Origin: Eubacteriales bacterium | GTDB lineage: Bacteria > Bacillota > Clostridia > Saccharofermentanales > UBA5734 | Assembly: GCA_028685755.1 (NCBI GenBank) | Contig: JAQUDJ010000003.1 | Location: 60,525-124,524, forward strand | Length of the DNA: 64,000 bases | Direction: 5' to 3' | In this document: positions 62,837 to 64,000 of the stretch, piece after piece | Layout of the letters: every line of letters starts with the position of its first letter | Numbering within the stretch: the first letter of the stretch is position 1 | Program-made: the position numbers and the translations under genes | Notes under the pieces: model-generated | Told to the model about the DNA's origin: nothing | Seen by the model: only the letters and a program-made list of their open reading frames with translations | Databases searched by the model: none

Positions 62837-64000
62837 ATGGCAAATAGCACGAAACTGACCATGGCCCAGGCGCTCGTTTTATTCATGAACAATCAGTACA
62901 TTTCCGTTGATGGAAATGAGAGTAAATTCGTCCACGGTGTGATGGGCATCTTTGGTCACGGCAATGTCGTCGGTCTTGGGCAGGCCCTTCAGCAATATTC
63001 CAAAGAGATCCAGTTCATCCAGGGTAAAAACGAACAGGATATCGCACATGCCTGCACGGCGTACGCCAAACAAATGAATCGTCGGGCGATCTTTGCCTGT
63101 ACGGCCTCGGTCGGTCCCGGTTCATTGAACTTAGTGACGGCGGCCGGAACTGCAACCGTCAACCGAATTCCTTTGCTGCTCCTGCCAGCAGACACATTTG
63201 CCGACCGTCAACCTGATCCGGTCCTGCAACAAGTCGAAAACGACTCGGATTATTCCGTCACAGCAAACAATTCATTTAAAGCAGTCAGCCGATATTGGGA
63301 CAGGGTCACTCGTCCGGAACAACTGATGACCGCTTGCATCAACGCTTTTCGCGTTTTAACCGACCCTGAACGCACCGGCGCTGTCACACTATGTCTGCCA
63401 CAAGACGTCCAAGCTGAATCCTATGAATACCCGAATGAATTCCTGGCCAAACGTGTCTGGTACATCGACCGGACTCCACCTGCCCTTTTAGCGATCCATC
63501 GGGCTGCTGAGCAAATTATTGCCGCCAAGAAACCTTTTATCATTTCCGGTGGAGGGGTCCGCTATAGTGAAGCAGGACGTGCCATCGCCGAATTTTCCAA
63601 TCAGTTTAAAATCCCTGTCGCCGAAACCCAAGCTGGGAAGGGCGAAATCGACTCAGCTCAAAAATATTATGTTGGTTGTGTCGGGATATGTGGGACAAAA
63701 GCAGCCAATCAGCTGATGAAGCATGCCGATTTGATCATCGCTGTTGGAACCAAGCTAAATGACTTTGTCACGAATTCCAAAGGCGGTTTGAATAGCTTAG
63801 ATGTTCCGATGGTGTCGATCAATATCAGCCGACTGGATGCCCTGAAAATGGGATCGCTTTCGGTGGTCGCTGATGCCCGTGAAGGTATCGCTGCGCTCCA
63901 TGACGTTTTGACCGAACGCAAGTACAAATCAGCCTATGCCGATGAGATCGAGCAAGAAAAAAACAGCTGGCAGATTGAACTGGCATCGCTATCTCAACTT
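62837..64000 (+). CDS. iolD: 3D-(3,5/4)-trihydroxycyclohexane-1,2-dione acylhydrolase (TPP enzyme), 3'-truncated by the window end
   Basis: AGGAGG precedes ATG 62837. LTMAQALVLFMNNQYISVDGNE..FVHGVMGIFGHGNV and ADTFADRQPDPVLQQ closely resemble IolD. Absent from the ORF track because no stop lies in the window. Confidence 0.9.
   Translation, partial: MANSTKLTMAQALVLFMNNQYISVDGNESKFVHGVMGIFGHGNVVGLGQALQQYSKEIQFIQGKNEQDIAHACTAYAKQMNRRAIFACTASVGPGSLNLVTAAGTATVNRIPLLLLPADTFADRQPDPVLQQVENDSDYSVTANNSFKAVSRYWDRVTRPEQLMTACINAFRVLTDPERTGAVTLCLPQDVQAESYEYPNEFLAKRVWYIDRTPPALLAIHRAAEQIIAAKKPFIISGGGVRYSEAGRAIAEFSNQFKIPVAETQAGKGEIDSAQKYYVGCVGICGTKAANQLMKHADLIIAVGTKLNDFVTNSKGGLNSLDVPMVSINISRLDALKMGSLSVVADAREGIAALHDVLTERKYKSAYADEIEQEKNSWQIELASLSQL

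Noticed and set aside
1-64000. Search for CRISPR arrays, transposases/IS ends, integrases, prophage or toxin-antitoxin/defence modules, and rRNA genes.
   Set aside because: No regularly spaced direct repeats, DDE or tyrosine-recombinase motifs, or phage structural genes were seen. The repeats present are short in-frame coding repeats or operator-like motifs. Gene content and strand organisation look like conserved core chromosome.

Overview
This looks like a core-chromosome 64-kb window from an anaerobic Firmicute of Clostridia type. I infer that from gene content only (Rnf complex, PFOR, Hcp, DnaD/DnaI-type helicase loaders, GGAGG-type Shine-Dalgarno sites); no database search was possible. 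I recognise about 62 protein-coding genes, one tRNA-Ser(GGA), and several terminators, promoters and operator-like palindromes. I found no rRNA, CRISPR array, transposase, integrase, phage gene or recognisable defence gene. Layout by block: (1) 0.2-5.6 kb holds envelope genes: rhodanese, NlpC/P60, VanW, a PHP-Nudix fusion and a GT2 glycosyltransferase. (2) 5.8-13.1 kb holds a fused pgk-tpiA, gpmI and pyruvate:ferredoxin oxidoreductase. (3) 13.2-17.3 kb holds a DnaD/DnaB-like gene, a DnaI-like gene, acpS, a degenerate NlpC/P60 homologue and rpmB. (4) 17.5-22.6 kb holds rnfCDGEAB. (5) 23-27.5 kb holds a TrxR-like flavoprotein, hcp, a ferredoxin-domain gene and a divergent Crp/Fnr regulator. (6) 27.5-34.6 kb holds an M29 aminopeptidase, serS, a Nudix gene, yigZ, yebC followed by three uncharacterised co-directional genes, and tRNA-Ser. 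(7) 34.8-43.7 kb holds a LacI/ROK/oxidoreductase operon, an acyltransferase with an esterase, and a MerR(AdhR-like)-controlled flavoprotein/aldo-keto reductase pair. (8) 43.8-58.4 kb is a metal-homeostasis island: an orphan CbiM-PDGLE gene behind a structured leader, DUF3842, feoA/feoB/fur with Fur boxes, an ABC-F ATPase, GtrA, Crp/Fnr with a split permease-ferredoxin, zur-znuACB, and an ORP-like NifX/MinD-ferredoxin cluster. (9) 58.7-64 kb holds an Fe-ADH, a DeoR regulator and iolC-iolB-iolD. The best candidates for poorly described biology are five. First, the ORP-like NifX/MinD-ferredoxin cluster divergent from zur. Second, the yebC-linked operon encoding a P-loop/Asp23 fusion, a Cys-rich protein and a DsrE/YedF-like protein. 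Third, the terminator-containing leader in front of an orphan CbiM-PDGLE gene. Fourth, the His-rich insertion in FeoB and the His/Cys tails on neighbouring proteins. Fifth, the split permease fused to a ferredoxin. All coordinates of sub-ORF features were hand-counted and anchored on the ORF track.
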